Origin: Eledone cirrhosa
Lineage: Eukaryota
Assembly (NCBI GenBank): GCA_964016885.1
Contig: OZ024746.1
Location: forward strand, 58,528,001-58,592,000
Reading direction: 5' to 3'
Length of the DNA: 64,000 nucleotides
This document shows positions 1 to 13,053 of the stretch, piece after piece. Both the position numbers and the translations under genes were made by a program. How positions within the stretch are numbered: the stretch's first letter is position 1; every line of letters starts with the position of its first letter. The notes under the pieces were generated by a model. It was not told the DNA's origin, made no database searches, and was given only the letters and a program-made list of their open reading frames with translations.

Positions 1-261
1 TGGATAGCTATGTCCAGAGCTAAATATATTAGAAAGATCGAGTATCGAAAAATCGGCGCACGAGTTCACGATAAACGAGATTCGACATGAGCGGCAGAGG
101 GCTCAATAATTCAGATGAATCAGAGCTATAACTATCGTTAAAATACCGTCACATATAGAACAAGTCTACAATCAACCATACGATTTAAAATCGATAAAGG
201 AAGATTCGGGACAAACAGATAAAAAATAACAATAAAACAATACGTCAATAATTTAAATGAT

Positions 262-292
262 TATATATATATATTATATATATATAAAATAT

Positions 293-335
<43 letters not shown>

Positions 336-392
336 TAGATATAATATATATAGATATAATATATATAGATATAATATATATATATATAATAT

Positions 393-434
<42 letters not shown>

Positions 435-467
435 ATATAATATATATATATAATATAATATATATAT

Positions 468-501
<34 letters not shown>

Positions 502-558
502 ATTGTATATTATATATATATATTATAATTATATATATATATTATAATTATATATTAT

Positions 559-601
<43 letters not shown>

Positions 602-747
602 TATATATAATATATATATAATATATATATAATATATATATATATATAATATATCTATATAATATATATATATATATATATCATATATATATATATATAT
701 ATATATCATATATATATATATATATATCATATATATATATATATATC

Positions 748-778
<31 letters not shown>

Positions 779-821
779 TCATATATATATATATATATCA
801 TATATATATATATATATATAT
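262..821. repeat. Imperfect (TA)n microsatellite
   Basis: Nearly pure TA/TAA/TCA dinucleotide tract; the I/Y-rich ORFs here are artefacts. Confidence 0.97.
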
Positions 822-968
822 AACGAAGGAAATGTGGTAAGGAACGAGGTGGACCATAACGCACGAAAGTACTCAATACTTTACGTATGCATGTGTACAG
901 TCCAGAATTAGCCGTCGAAACGGCTTGAGCTCAGCCGTCTGCTTCCTACTCGTTCCTATATATATATA

Positions 969-1300
969 TGTTATGATAGTTATATATCTTTCTATATAAC
1001 TATCATAACAGTTTCACTACCAAATCAACTTTTTAAAAGGAAGTTGCATTATCACAAGGTATGTCACTAATTATTTATAAAACAGCTTATGTATTGTATT
1101 TTGTCTGAGGAAGGCATAACATATTTTTAATATGATATCCCAGAAATATATATAACGAAATAAATATGGTTTTATAAATATAAATATAGTTTCCATTTGT
1201 TTAATATCGTAAACCTACTCCTGAAACTGTTGAGTGCTTTTATATCAGTTATAAAATATTTACTCGTTGTAACCCAACAATCTTAAATAAAACTTGTGCA
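969..1300 (+). mobile_element. Solo PLE terminal repeat (pLTR, family A) with a tiny 5' fold-back
   Basis: 1015-1300 is similar to 37180-37462 (tcactaccaaatcaac...gttgtaacccaacaat). 969-1010 is an 18-bp inverted repeat (tgttatgatagttatata/tatataactatcataaca). Flanked by TA. Confidence 0.8.
1097..1162 (+). ncRNA. Type I hammerhead ribozyme motif (family A)
   Basis: Stem I tattttgt/acgaaata; CTGAGGA at 1105; GAAA at 1143; palindromic stem III TATATATA with AUA triplet; base of stem II mismatched. Confidence 0.7.
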
Positions 1301-1411
1301 TATTATATATAATATATATATATAATATATATATTTATATAATATATATATATATATAATATATATATAATATATATATTTATATAATATATATATATAT
1401 TTATATAATAT

Positions 1412-1495
<84 letters not shown>

Positions 1496-1738
1496 ATATC
1501 TATATAATATATATATATACGGATTAACAAATAATAGTTAAATGCAGTCCACTTAGGTGAAGTCCAGTTATGGTATTCCAGGTAGTGGGTGATATTAACG
1601 CTTGGCTTGGTTTGACTCAACAAGGCGTTTTCATAGTGATGCTGCGGGTATGCTGTAATTCCTATGTTGTAAACACTTGGAATAATAATAAATCAGGAAA
1701 GAAGGTTTACATGGTTTGCTATACAAAAAAGTTTTTAA

Positions 1739-1857
1739 TCACATAGCTTACATTTGTTTCACTGAGCTGGTATGTCTAGAGATCGCTATCCGCCTAATTT
1801 TGCGTCACTCGATCGCCAATACAGAATTATAACCAGTCAGATCTTCGGAGCATGCGA
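1739..1857 (-). ncRNA. Degenerate type I hammerhead motif (family B)
   Basis: Minus strand: tcgcatgct-CCGAAGA-tctgactggt...accagctcagt-GAAA-caaat-GTA-agctatgtga. Stems I and II pair, but the core has U4>C. Confidence 0.55.
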
Positions 1858-2232
1858 GAATGAAGAAAATACACAGGCAAGAAAATAAAAGAAAATATGG
1901 AGTAGTTATGGCACTCAATTAGAACAATAACAACAACAATTATTACAACAATGCTATCAATAAACTATTTAAGGAGACCCTGACATTACTTAGGTGGGGG
2001 GTATATAATGTATCTAATGTTACGGCGTGAAAACCAGCTGTCATAAGGCAAAAAGTATCGTAGTGTGTATCAATTTTAAATTATAAAGATAAGCTAGTTT
2101 TTACAGTCTTTCTCTTCATCTTCAACAGTATACATGAGTGGGACCACTGTCAAAGCTCAATAGTTGTAGAGTTAATACAGAGGTTAACGAATTAATATAC
2201 GCATATATCTACACACACACACACGCACACGC

Positions 2233-2315
<83 letters not shown>

Positions 2316-2589
2316 AATATAAATATATATACACATATATGTGTACATAGACACATACATACACATTAATAAACACTCGTACAAAAATATACATACATGC
2401 AAAGAGAAAAGCGTGCTAATTGTAATATGGCAAAAAGAAGGTAAAGTAACATTGTAGTAGTGAAATGAGAAAAACTAGGATCTAGGATCAAATTATTGCA
2501 GCAGCTGAGAAGGAGTAAGATTGTGGTAGATGAGGTATTTACAGACTATTGTGTGGTATAGACTTGTGAAGGAAATAGTATACTTAATG

Positions 2590-3480
2590 AATATATTTTT
2601 GTGGGTAAGAAAGGATAGAATAAATAGCTTCGATATTACAATGGGATCAAATGATTCTGCGCAAATTACAGATATCGTGGGGCTATTCATAGCACACAAC
2701 CTACATAAGGAATTCAGTAACCTCCAAGGAGGAATTTATAGGGACGACACGTTACTTATAGCTAGGAACCTAAACAACCAGAGCATGGAAAGACTAAGGA
2801 AAAATATTAGAATATTCTTCAGAAAACTAGGCCTAAGTATTACCTACGAACTAAACCATAAGAAGGTAAATTTTCTAGATGTAACTCTAAATCTAAATAC
2901 TGGATTAATAGAACCTTTCCACAAAAATAATGAAAATCTTGCCTACATTAGTTACAACTCAAATCACCCCAAATCCATAATTAAATCCATAGCAGGTAGT
3001 ATATCCCTCCGAATATCCCGCCTATCCTCAAACCTAGAAATCTTTAACGAGCATGCTGACTATTATAATGCAGCATTAAGTAGGGCCGGTCATAAAGATA
3101 AACTACAGTATATAGTGAATAAGGACAACATAAATAATCCTAGTAACTTCTACTCCAACCGCACACATAATAATAGGAATAGCTTGACTAGACATAGGGT
3201 TAGACATGTAACACCTAGAGTAAACGGCCAAAACACTAATAACGTAAACCCTAGAAACAATAGAAGAAACAGACAAAGAAAATACCTATGGTTCAACCCA
3301 ATATTCAACTCCTCTATAAAAACTAGACTGCCCTCTATATTCTTTAAACTAATAGATAAACACTTCCCTATCTCGCATAGATATCACAAAATACTCAATA
3401 GATCTACTATAAAACTCTCTTTCTCAACAGCAGCTAACATAGAATCACACATACGCAAGATCAACCACAGAAATATCTCA
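2590..3480 (+). pseudogene. PLE reverse transcriptase, C-terminal part and thumb (5'- and 3'-truncated, no endonuclease)
   Basis: FDITMGSNDSAQITDIVGLF, GGIYRDD, VNFLDVTLNL, YISYNSNHPKSI, RISRLSSN, LWFNPIFN, IKLSFS within ORF 2530..3762; the ORF's ends are not RT-like. Confidence 0.9.
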
Positions 3481-3768
3481 AGTAAATCAATTGCACCTAT
3501 ACATAAGCACAAACTCATCACAACATCACAACCACAAGCGCATACAAACGCATACATATATGTATACAGACGTACAGTAGCATGCACATATATATATATA
3601 TATACATATATACATACATATGCATACAGGTACACATACATATATGCACGTATCAGTTTAGCGGCGCTAACGTCGCTTTGTTCGTTTGTAAACAAACTGA
3701 ACAGCCTGAATTTATGCCATACGGTGTTAAGGCAACCACGTCACCTTTTTGTTCAACACTGACACAGG

Positions 3769-3813
3769 AACGATGTACTAGTTTCAAGCTTGTTAGCTAT
3801 CATCAGCACCGTT
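3769..3813 (-). ncRNA. Minimal type I hammerhead ribozyme (family C, copy 1)
   Basis: Minus strand: aacggtg-CTGATGA-tagct-aaca-agctt-GAAA-cta-GTA-catcgtt. 7-bp stem I, agct/agct stem II, palindromic ACTAGT stem III, GUA site. Confidence 0.85.
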
Positions 3814-4234
3814 TACCCATCTGCCAGATAGTTGAACGTTCGAAAGTATATACTTTCCTTATGAAAATTAACGGCTGAGCAGCCTAATTTGCATATTGAG
3901 TGAGTTAAATCGGTCAGGCATACCGAAAACGATAAATTGAAACAAAATGAAAACGAAATTTCATTTCTCACTCTTAGTATGGCACTTACTTAAATGTAAG
4001 TATGCATGTATACGTACATACATATATGTATACAGACGTACAGTAGCATGCACATATATATATATATATACATATATACATACATATGCATACAGGTACA
4101 CATACATATATGCACGTATCAGTTTAGCGGCGCTAACGTCGCTTTGTTCGTTTGTAAACAAACTGAACAGCCTGAATTTATGCCATACGGTGTTAAGGCA
4201 ACCACGTCACCTTTTTGTTCAACACTGACACAGG

Positions 4235-4279
4235 AACGATGTACTAGTTTCAAGCTTGTTAGCTATCATCAGCACCGTT
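4235..4279 (-). ncRNA. Minimal type I hammerhead ribozyme (family C, copy 2)
   Basis: Identical to 3769-3813, 466 bp downstream. Confidence 0.85.
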
Positions 4280-4545
4280 TACCCATCTGCCAGATAGTTG
4301 AACGTTCGAAAGTATATACTTTCCTTATGAAAATTAACGGCTGAGCAGCCTAATTTGCATATTGAGTGAGTTAAATCGGTCAGGCATACCGAAAACGATA
4401 AATTGAAACAAAATGAAAACGAAATTTCATTTCTCACTCTTAGTATGGCACTTACTTAAATGTAAGTATGCATGTATACGTACATACATATATGTATACA
4501 GACGTACAGACGTACGTACGTACGTACGTACGTACGTACGTACGT

Positions 4546-5574
<1,029 letters not shown>

Positions 5575-5764
5575 AGCAGCGATTCTTTGCTTAAACTTTA
5601 ATCTGTTATTTTAATAAATATATATATAATATATATATGTAGGAGGTGAGTTGTATTGTAGTACAATAAAGCAATGCAGATATCGGATAAGAAGCACTCT
5701 ACAGTTTGTAGGACTGGAGTATACATAATATATAAGATCAAAAGATGGTTAAAGGAGTTCCATG

Positions 5765-5835
5765 TATTTTATTATGCGCATTTCAAAAACAAACATCATC
5801 ATGCAATAATATTTTTGTTTTCATCAGATAAAACA
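5765..5835 (-). ncRNA. Type I hammerhead ribozyme (family D)
   Basis: Minus strand: tgttttat-CTGATGA-aaacaaaaat...tttgttttt-GAAA-tgcgc-ATA-ataaaata; palindromic ATGCGCAT. Confidence 0.8.
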
Positions 5836-6375
5836 GAACATAATATGAAGGCTAAAAAACACTTGTGGATAGTGCAGTTTTAAATCAACATATGAAAAGT
5901 AGTTTTAGATTGATGTGTGATATTGGGAAAAATATTTTATTTAGAGAGGGGGCGGGGGAGGATGAATAAAGGGGAGGAGATGAGAGTGAAGGTGGAGAGG
6001 GGGAGATGGGTGATAGAGAGAAAGAGATAGTTTTTATAACTGAGAGAAGATATATTGTTTTACATAGTGAGGTACATATCTTTCCCTTCGTTAATTTTCA
6101 AATTCTTTTAATTTATACATTATCTTCCAACGGTTCTCAACCTCTCTATGTAAAACAATATATCTTTTCTCAGTTATAAAAACTATCTCTTTCTCTCTAT
6201 CACCCATCTCTCCCTCTCCACCTTCTCTCTCATCTCCTCCCCTTTTTTCATCCTCCCCCCCCTCTAAATAAAATATTTTTCCCAATATCACACATCAATC
6301 TAAAACTACTTTTCATATGTTGATTTAAAATTGCACTATCCACAAGTGTTTTTTAGCCTTCATATCATGGCTTCC

Positions 6376-6446
6376 TATTTTATCTGATGAAAACACAATC
6401 GTTATTGCATGATGATATTTGTTTTTTAAATGCGCATAATAATATA
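6376..6446 (+). ncRNA. Inactivated hammerhead (family D; GAAA>TAAA)
   Basis: CTGATGA at 6384, but TAAA at 6427 instead of GAAA; homologous to 16136-16208. Confidence 0.65.
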
Positions 6447-6485
6447 CATGGAACTCTTTTAACCATCTTTTGATCTTATATATTA

Positions 6486-6627
6486 TATATTATGTATATA
6501 TATATATAATATATATACATATATATATATTATATATATATATATATATAATATATATACATATATATATATTATATTTATATATATATATATAATATAT
6601 ATACATATATATAATATAAATATATAT

Positions 6628-6696
<69 letters not shown>

Positions 6697-6965
6697 TATA
6701 TATATATATTATAGATATATATTATATATATATATATATATTATATATATATATATTATATATATATATATTATATATATTATATATATATATATAATAT
6801 ATATATATGTATTATATATATATATATATTATATATATATATTATGTATATATATATATTTATATATTATATATATATATATTATGTATATATATATTTA
6901 TATATTTTATATATATATATTATATATATTATATATATATGTAATATATATATATGTATATAGAT

Positions 6966-6998
<33 letters not shown>

Positions 6999-7103
6999 TA
7001 TATATATTATATATATATATATAATATATATACATATATATATATTATATATATATATATAATATACATATATATATAGTATATATATATATATACATAA
7101 TAT

Positions 7104-7135
<32 letters not shown>

Positions 7136-7162
7136 ATATGTATATATAACATATATATATAT

Positions 7163-7193
<31 letters not shown>

Positions 7194-7558
7194 ATATACA
7201 TATATATAATATTTATATATATATAATATATATATATATAAAATATATATATATATATATAATATATTTATATATAATATATATATATGTATATTATATA
7301 TATATATATAAAATATATAAAATATATATAAATATATATATATATAATATATATATATATATAATATATATATCTATAATATATATATATATATAATATA
7401 TATAATATATATATAATATATATAATATATATATATATAATATATATAATATATATATATATATATATAATATAATATATATATAATATAATATATATAT
7501 ATATAATATATATATATATATAATATATATATATATATAATATATATATATAATATAT
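6486..7558. repeat. Imperfect (TA)n microsatellite
   Basis: Direct inspection; its interruptions mirror those in about 4760-5574. Confidence 0.97.
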
Positions 7559-8567
7559 AAGCAGCGATTCTTTGCTTAAACTTTAATCTGTTATTTTAAT
7601 AAATATATATATAATATATATATGTAGGAGGTGAGTTTTATTGTAGTACAATAAAGCAATGCAGATATCGGATAAGAAGCACTCTACAGTTTGTAGGACT
7701 GGAGTATACATAATATATAAGATCAAAAGATGGTTAAAGGAGTTCCATGTATTTTATTATGCGCATTTCAAAAACAAACATCATCATGCAATAATATTTT
7801 TGTTTTCATCAGATAAAACAGAACATAATATGAAGGCTAAAAAACACTTGTGGATAGTGCAGTTTTAAATCAACATATGAAAAGTAGTTTTAGATTGATG
7901 TGTGATATTGGGAAAAATATTTTTATTTAGAGAGGGGGCGGGAGAGGATGAAAAAAGGGGAGGAGATGAGAGTGAAGGTGGAGAGGGGGAGATGGGTGAT
8001 AGAGAGAAAGAGATAGTTTTTATAACTGAGAGAAGATATATTGTTTTACATAGAGAGGTATATATCTTTCCCTTCGTTAATTTTCAAATTCTTTTAATTT
8101 ATACATTATCTTCCAACGGTTCTCAACCTCTCTATGTAAAACAATATATCTTTTCTCAGTTATAAAAACTATCTCTTTCTCTCTATCACCCATCTCTCCC
8201 TCTCCACCTTCACTCTCATCTCCTCCCCTTTTTTCATCCTTTCCACCCTCTCTCTAAATAAAATATTTTTTCCTGGTACATATTTCTCCCTTCGTTAATT
8301 TTCAAATTCTTTTAATTTATACATTATCTTCCAACGGTCTTCAACCTCTCTATGTAAAACAATATATCTTCTCTCAGTTATAAAAACTATCTCTTTCTCT
8401 CTATCACCCATCTCTCCCTCTCCACCTTCACTCTCATCTCCTCCCCTTTTTTCATCCCCCCCCCCCTCTAAATAAAATATTTTTCCCAATATCACACATC
8501 AATCTAAAACTACTTTTCATATGTTGATTTAAAACTGCACTATCCACAAGTATTTTTTAGCCTTCAT
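7559..8567. mobile_element. Second copy of the family D fold-back pLTR, internally duplicated and cut short at its right end
   Basis: ORF 7659 is identical to ORF 5674 (offset 1985); 8275-8567 repeats 8060-8270-like sequence; ends at a G run before the LINE. Confidence 0.85.
7750..7820 (-). ncRNA. Type I hammerhead ribozyme (family D)
   Basis: Identical to 5765-5835. Confidence 0.8.
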
Positions 8568-8726
8568 AGGGGGGGGGGACCATAGGACGTTACGGAGGCG
8601 ATTACGTGTCATTGTACTTTTGCTACGGGTGACCGCTCTTATGTGTGTTAATGCGCAGTCGCCCGTTCGGTGCCCCTTTCACTTTATGCTCGGGTGCACT
8701 CTTCCTACCTCTTCCATGTTTATGTC

Positions 8727-10760
8727 TCATGACCCTGGTGTCATCAGCAAAGGATGAGACGTTGCTGTTGTATCTTTATCTATGTCAGAGATGAGGATGA
8801 GAAACAGGATCGGGCCGAGTACTCTACCCTGAGGAACACTGCTGGTCACAGATGATGGTGTTGAATGGGTTCCATTCACAGTGACTGTTTGAGTTCTATT
8901 TGTAAGGAAGTCATGTATCCATGTACCAACTTTTTTTCCTACTCCTAGTTTTCGAAGTTTGGGTCCCAGGATGCCATGATCTACCTTGTCAAATGCCTTG
9001 GCAAAGTCGAGGTAAATAACATCTGTGTTGTATCCATTCTCTAGATTTTCTAGGATTTGGTCATGGTGTGCCAGTAGTTGGGAAAGACATGATCTATCTA
9101 ACCTGAATCCATGCTGATTGCAATTCATCAGATTGTTGGATTCCAGGAACTCAACCAGTTTTCCACGAACTATTCTTTCGAAGATCTTGATAATGTGTGA
9201 TGTCAGTGAGATTGGTCGGTAGTTCTTTGGTTTTGATTTGCTGTCCCCTTTATGTATTGGAGTTACGTGTGTTTCTTTATATGTATTTGGTATTTTGCCA
9301 TTCTCCATAGATTCCTTCCATATCATGTAAAGGGGTTTCAACAATTGTACCTTGCAGTTTTTAAGTATCATGGCATTGAAACCATCAGGCCCCGCAGCTG
9401 AGTGCATGGAGTGCTTGTCTATGGCTCTTTCTATGTCTTCTGGGTTGAAATCAATGTCGGATAGGGTAGGTTTTGTATGGTCGATATCCTTGAAGAATTC
9501 TCCTGGGTCATGGATCTTCATGGTTTTAGATGGCTCATTGAAGACACTTTCATACTGTTGACCCAACATTTCTGCCATTTCAATAGGGTTATTCACTACA
9601 TCCCCATTTTGTCTCTGGAGAGGTCCTATTGTTGACTTGGTATTCAAGTATTTCCTTGCAAAACTGTAGAAACATTTTGGATTTTTCTTGATGTTTTCTA
9701 TGGCTCTCTTTTCTGAATTGTTACGTTCTTCCTCATAGTGTTGTTTTAGATTGTCTTCTAATCTGTATATTTGGTCAAGGACTTTCTGTAGTTCATGTTT
9801 TGATGTCAGCTTAGATGTTTTGTTTCTTAGTCTTGAACTTTTGCGCATCAGGATCTTTCGCTCCCGTGGTACAGGTTTTTTTGTGGATTTGGTTTTCTTA
9901 AGAGGAATATTTTTTGCACATATTTCTTCGATCTTGTTCAAGAATTTCTTGTGTTTATCTGGCCCAGTAAGGTAGAGATCCCAGTCAATGATTTGTAACT
10001 GGTTGTTAATAGTTTCCCAATTTGCCTGGTGATAATCATACCTGCATAGCTTTGGCATGTCCTTTTGTTTAAGAGTTGTGGCATTGGGCTCATTACCAAT
10101 GTGTAAATGCATTTCAATAATATTGTGGTCTGAAAGGATTGTTGGGGTTGAGTGAAGGTCAAATAGCGTGTCGTCGTTGTTGGTGAAAACTAAGTCGATC
10201 GTATTATTATTTCTAGTTGCTTCTGTCATCATTTGTTTGAGGTATAATTTCTCTGTGACTTCCAACAGTTTGGCTGCCTGTATTTGTTCAGCTTTTGTCC
10301 CCAGTTTTAGTATGTGTCCATGTGGCCAGATGATGTTAGGGAAGTTGAAGTCACCAAGGAGGATAATGTCTGGCATTGGACTCGCCATGTTTCCCAGAAT
10401 TTGTTGGAGCTTTGTCAGTGGCTGAGTGAAGGATAATGTTGGGCTGTTTGGCGGTCTGTACATTATTGTTACAACTGTATTAAATTGGATGATTTTTATG
10501 CACAGCAGGTTGCAGTAGGCATTTGATTCATTGACAAGTTCTATGCATGCATAGGTATCATGGATATACATGATAACGCCCCCATGGCATCTGCCTTGTC
10601 TATCACATCTGAAGATGTTGAATCCATTGATTGAGATTTCGTTGAGATGACTTTCAGTAAATCCAATTATTTTGGAGTTGTTTTCTGTTGCTAATTCTTC
10701 CAAGAAAGGGACTTTACACTGTTTTCTTTTCGCATAAAGACCCTGGATATTTGCTGTCAT
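8727..10760 (-). pseudogene. LINE ORF2: APE endonuclease and reverse transcriptase (frameshift before SSFADDT)
   Basis: TANIQGL, GFTESHL, GGVIMYI, MYRPP, LLGDFNFP, IDLVFT, SDHNII, AAGPDG, YRPISLTS, QHGFR, YLDFAKAFDKVDH, SSVPQGRVLGPILF; FADD lies in a shifted frame. Confidence 0.95.
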
Positions 10761-12111
10761 TATGCTTGTTGTACCGGATACATCTGCCCTATTGTTGGCA
10801 AGACTGTTGTAGTTGCTGGGACTCTGCTGACTGGATATTCGGTCTGCTGGTCTGTCTGTATTTGTTGTATGTACCCTGTAAGTCCAGGTGTCAGCCTTTG
10901 TATCAATGTTGCCTGGCTTTGCTGAGTCATCTGTATGGAGTACAGCTGTTGTTGTAGTTGGTAGATTATGCCTAAAAAACTGCTTTCATTCATTACTGTA
11001 TCGAATTTCTGCGAGTTTGGGTTTGTTATAGCTGATGTGTGCAATTGAGTAGCATGATTTTCATTCACTGTTGAGCCATGTCCTGGTTTCTGCATTTTTG
11101 GGAAATGGTTTTCATACCCTGCTGAGCTTGGTCCTGGTGGTGTGGGTTCAGTAGTTTTTATGCGAATTGTACCCTTCCGGTGCATAAATTTGCAATTCTC
11201 GTCAAAACATTATTTTTTTCTCAGCGAATTGCGGCACATCTTTGGGTGAAGGAGTTCACATTCTCTGCCATTTTGGCATCCTTTTTTTCGATCAGTACCG
11301 AAGTTGATATATGGTTTGCATGGTTTGGGGGTGACTGTACGTGCACCCTTTACCTGAAAGACCATGTTTGCACTTGTTGCTCCTGTAATGGATACATACT
11401 GGCCGTTCTTCATTTGAGCGTTTGCTCTGAATCTGTTTCTTTTCGTGGGAAGTTTGGTCTTTTTCTGCAGGATCTCCTGTTTCTTGTTTTGTAAGTGCTT
11501 GCATGTCATTGTCTTCATTCTTGTCATTTACAAGAGGCACTTGGATGGCCTGTGTGTGGCAGGATTTATTTGCCATGTCAGTTTCGCCAATCAATGTCTG
11601 TTTAGAACGGCCTGTCTGTGGTAGGGTCCTAGGGTCATTCGTTATTGTGGCCCTTGGTGAACAATAACCGCATAGCCAGTGTAGGCCTAGAGTATCTGGA
11701 ATGGTGTGGTTTTTTTAAGTAGCACGCTTCGTGTATTCCTTGTCCACAGATGAAGCATGCCAAAGCTGGATTTTGGCCAAATGTAATGCATTGCTGTTTG
11801 TCACACATTTTGCAAGTCTCCGGGAGGAAGTTTTCAATCCTTCTTATAATCCAGTTGGTGAGGTTTGATTTTGTGAGCTCAACTTGAACACCATCATTCA
11901 AGAAAGCTGCTGCTTTCTTTAACATCGTAAACTTACAGTTTGTGAAAATATTTGTGTATATTGCTCCACTTTCCTGTTTGATATCATATTTCGAGAAGAC
12001 ACTTTTTATATCTTGATTTTGTGTTGATGAGATGATTTTCAATATGATGTCTGTGACCAGGCAAGTGTTGCTCTCTGAGCTGGCAGTCCGTGGGTTTCCG
12101 TTACCCGTCAT
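10760..12111 (-). pseudogene. LINE ORF1 (PHD finger plus three CCCH-like zinc fingers), frameshifted
   Basis: CKMC...CFICGQGIHEAC...WLCGYC (PHD); CIHYRSNKCKHGLSGKGCTYSHP, GCQNGRECELLHP, CFDENCKFMH spread over ORF fragments 11635..12111, 11292..11594, 11210..11527 and 10760..11185. Confidence 0.8.
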
Positions 12112-12863
12112 CGTTTACGTGGGCGGTGGATTGTGAATAGCTTGAGATTTAGAATTGTTTGACTTGAATGGAGAGGGGGAAAGGAGCAGTGGTTGGTTTT
12201 GTACACTGGCTGAGATAGTAGTAGTAGTAGTAATGGTACTTGAGTTGTTAGTGGAGTTATGGTGGTGGGGATATGGAGGACGTAAGAGTGGTTGGGATGG
12301 GTCACTAGCGAGGTAGAATGGAATGTTTGGCTTTGGCCACTAGGAGTAGTAGCAGAAGGAGGAGGAGGGGGGATAGAAGATGAAGAAGGGGAAGTAGCAG
12401 TAGAAGATGGAAACAATGATGATGACGATAATGACGACGATGATGGTGATGGCAGTGGGTCTATTAGTTCTTTTAGCTGCTGATATGAATGTTGTAGTTG
12501 TATCCACTTCAACATATGACCAGTTGCGATATTTAAAGACCATATTTAAAGTTGTGTTTTGTTGTTACTGTTGCTGTTGTTGTGAACTACTTATTGTTTT
12601 TCAGTGTCTTCGATTCGTTGTTGATCACTTAACCAAGTTGTTTGTGCAACAAGAAATATAGATAATAACAGTAAATATAGGTAATAAATATAGGTAATGG
12701 CAAATAAGGATAGAAATATTCAAAATATTAACTTCTGTGGTGTATTGAACAGTAGGAGACAATAATACTGGTATATGTTATAATTCTGAGATAATGTAAA
12801 CTATTGTGTGTTTGTTAATAGGAATATTGTGTACTTACGAATAATTACCACTATCGTTATAGT

Positions 12864-13053
12864 GGGGCGGTGGATTGGCAGTATCGGTAGACGGTCGGAC
12901 GCCATGCTTTCCAGCATAGTTACGTCCCTTTACGATCTGAGTTCAAATCCCGCCGAGGTTGACTTTGCCTTTCATCCTTACGGGATAAAATAATGTACCA
13001 GTAATGCACTGGATAATTGCTGGCCATGTGCCTAAAGTAGAAACAATTATTAT
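12864..13053 (+). mobile_element. tRNA-derived SINE (family S1) nested in the LINE 5' region
   Basis: ggcggtggattggcagtatcggtag (A-box-like), gagttcaaatccc (B box), gcctttcatcc core, (att)n tail; about 25 related copies in the window. Confidence 0.85.

Larger units (their letters stand above)
1519..3545 (+). mobile_element. Truncated Penelope-like retroelement: probable inverted pLTR/UTR (about 1519-2590) plus RT fragment
   Basis: PLE RT on + from about 2590; upstream non-coding part carries an antisense HHR; left end abuts (TA)n. Confidence 0.7.
3552..4509 (-). repeat. Tandem 466-bp HHR-containing repeat (2 full units plus a partial), retrozyme/pLTR-like
   Basis: atacatatatgtatacagacgtacag recurs at 3552, 4018 and 4484; duplicated ORFs are offset by 466; the units look identical; followed by (CGTA)n and (TA)n. 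Confidence 0.9.
5575..6485. mobile_element. Non-coding fold-back PLE pLTR pair (family D)
   Basis: About 5725-6073 is the reverse complement of about 6140-6485; same sequence as pLTR 15825-16245; flanked by (TA)n. Confidence 0.85.

Noticed and set aside
3480-3762. C-terminal extension of the 410-aa RT ORF as a novel domain
   Set aside because: It is read-through into the non-coding 466-bp HHR repeat; the same peptide recurs in ORF 3947..4228
8738-8750. CTGATGA on the minus strand as a hammerhead core
   Set aside because: It is the coding sequence of the RT FADD motif; no GAAA or stems
12108-12661. Ser/Pro/Thr-rich ORFs upstream of LINE ORF1
   Set aside because: Low-complexity trinucleotide sequence in the LINE 5' region; no domain evidence
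12864-12960. tRNA gene (A/B-box-like motifs, gttcaaatccc)
   Set aside because: No cloverleaf; it continues into a multi-copy SINE body and tail
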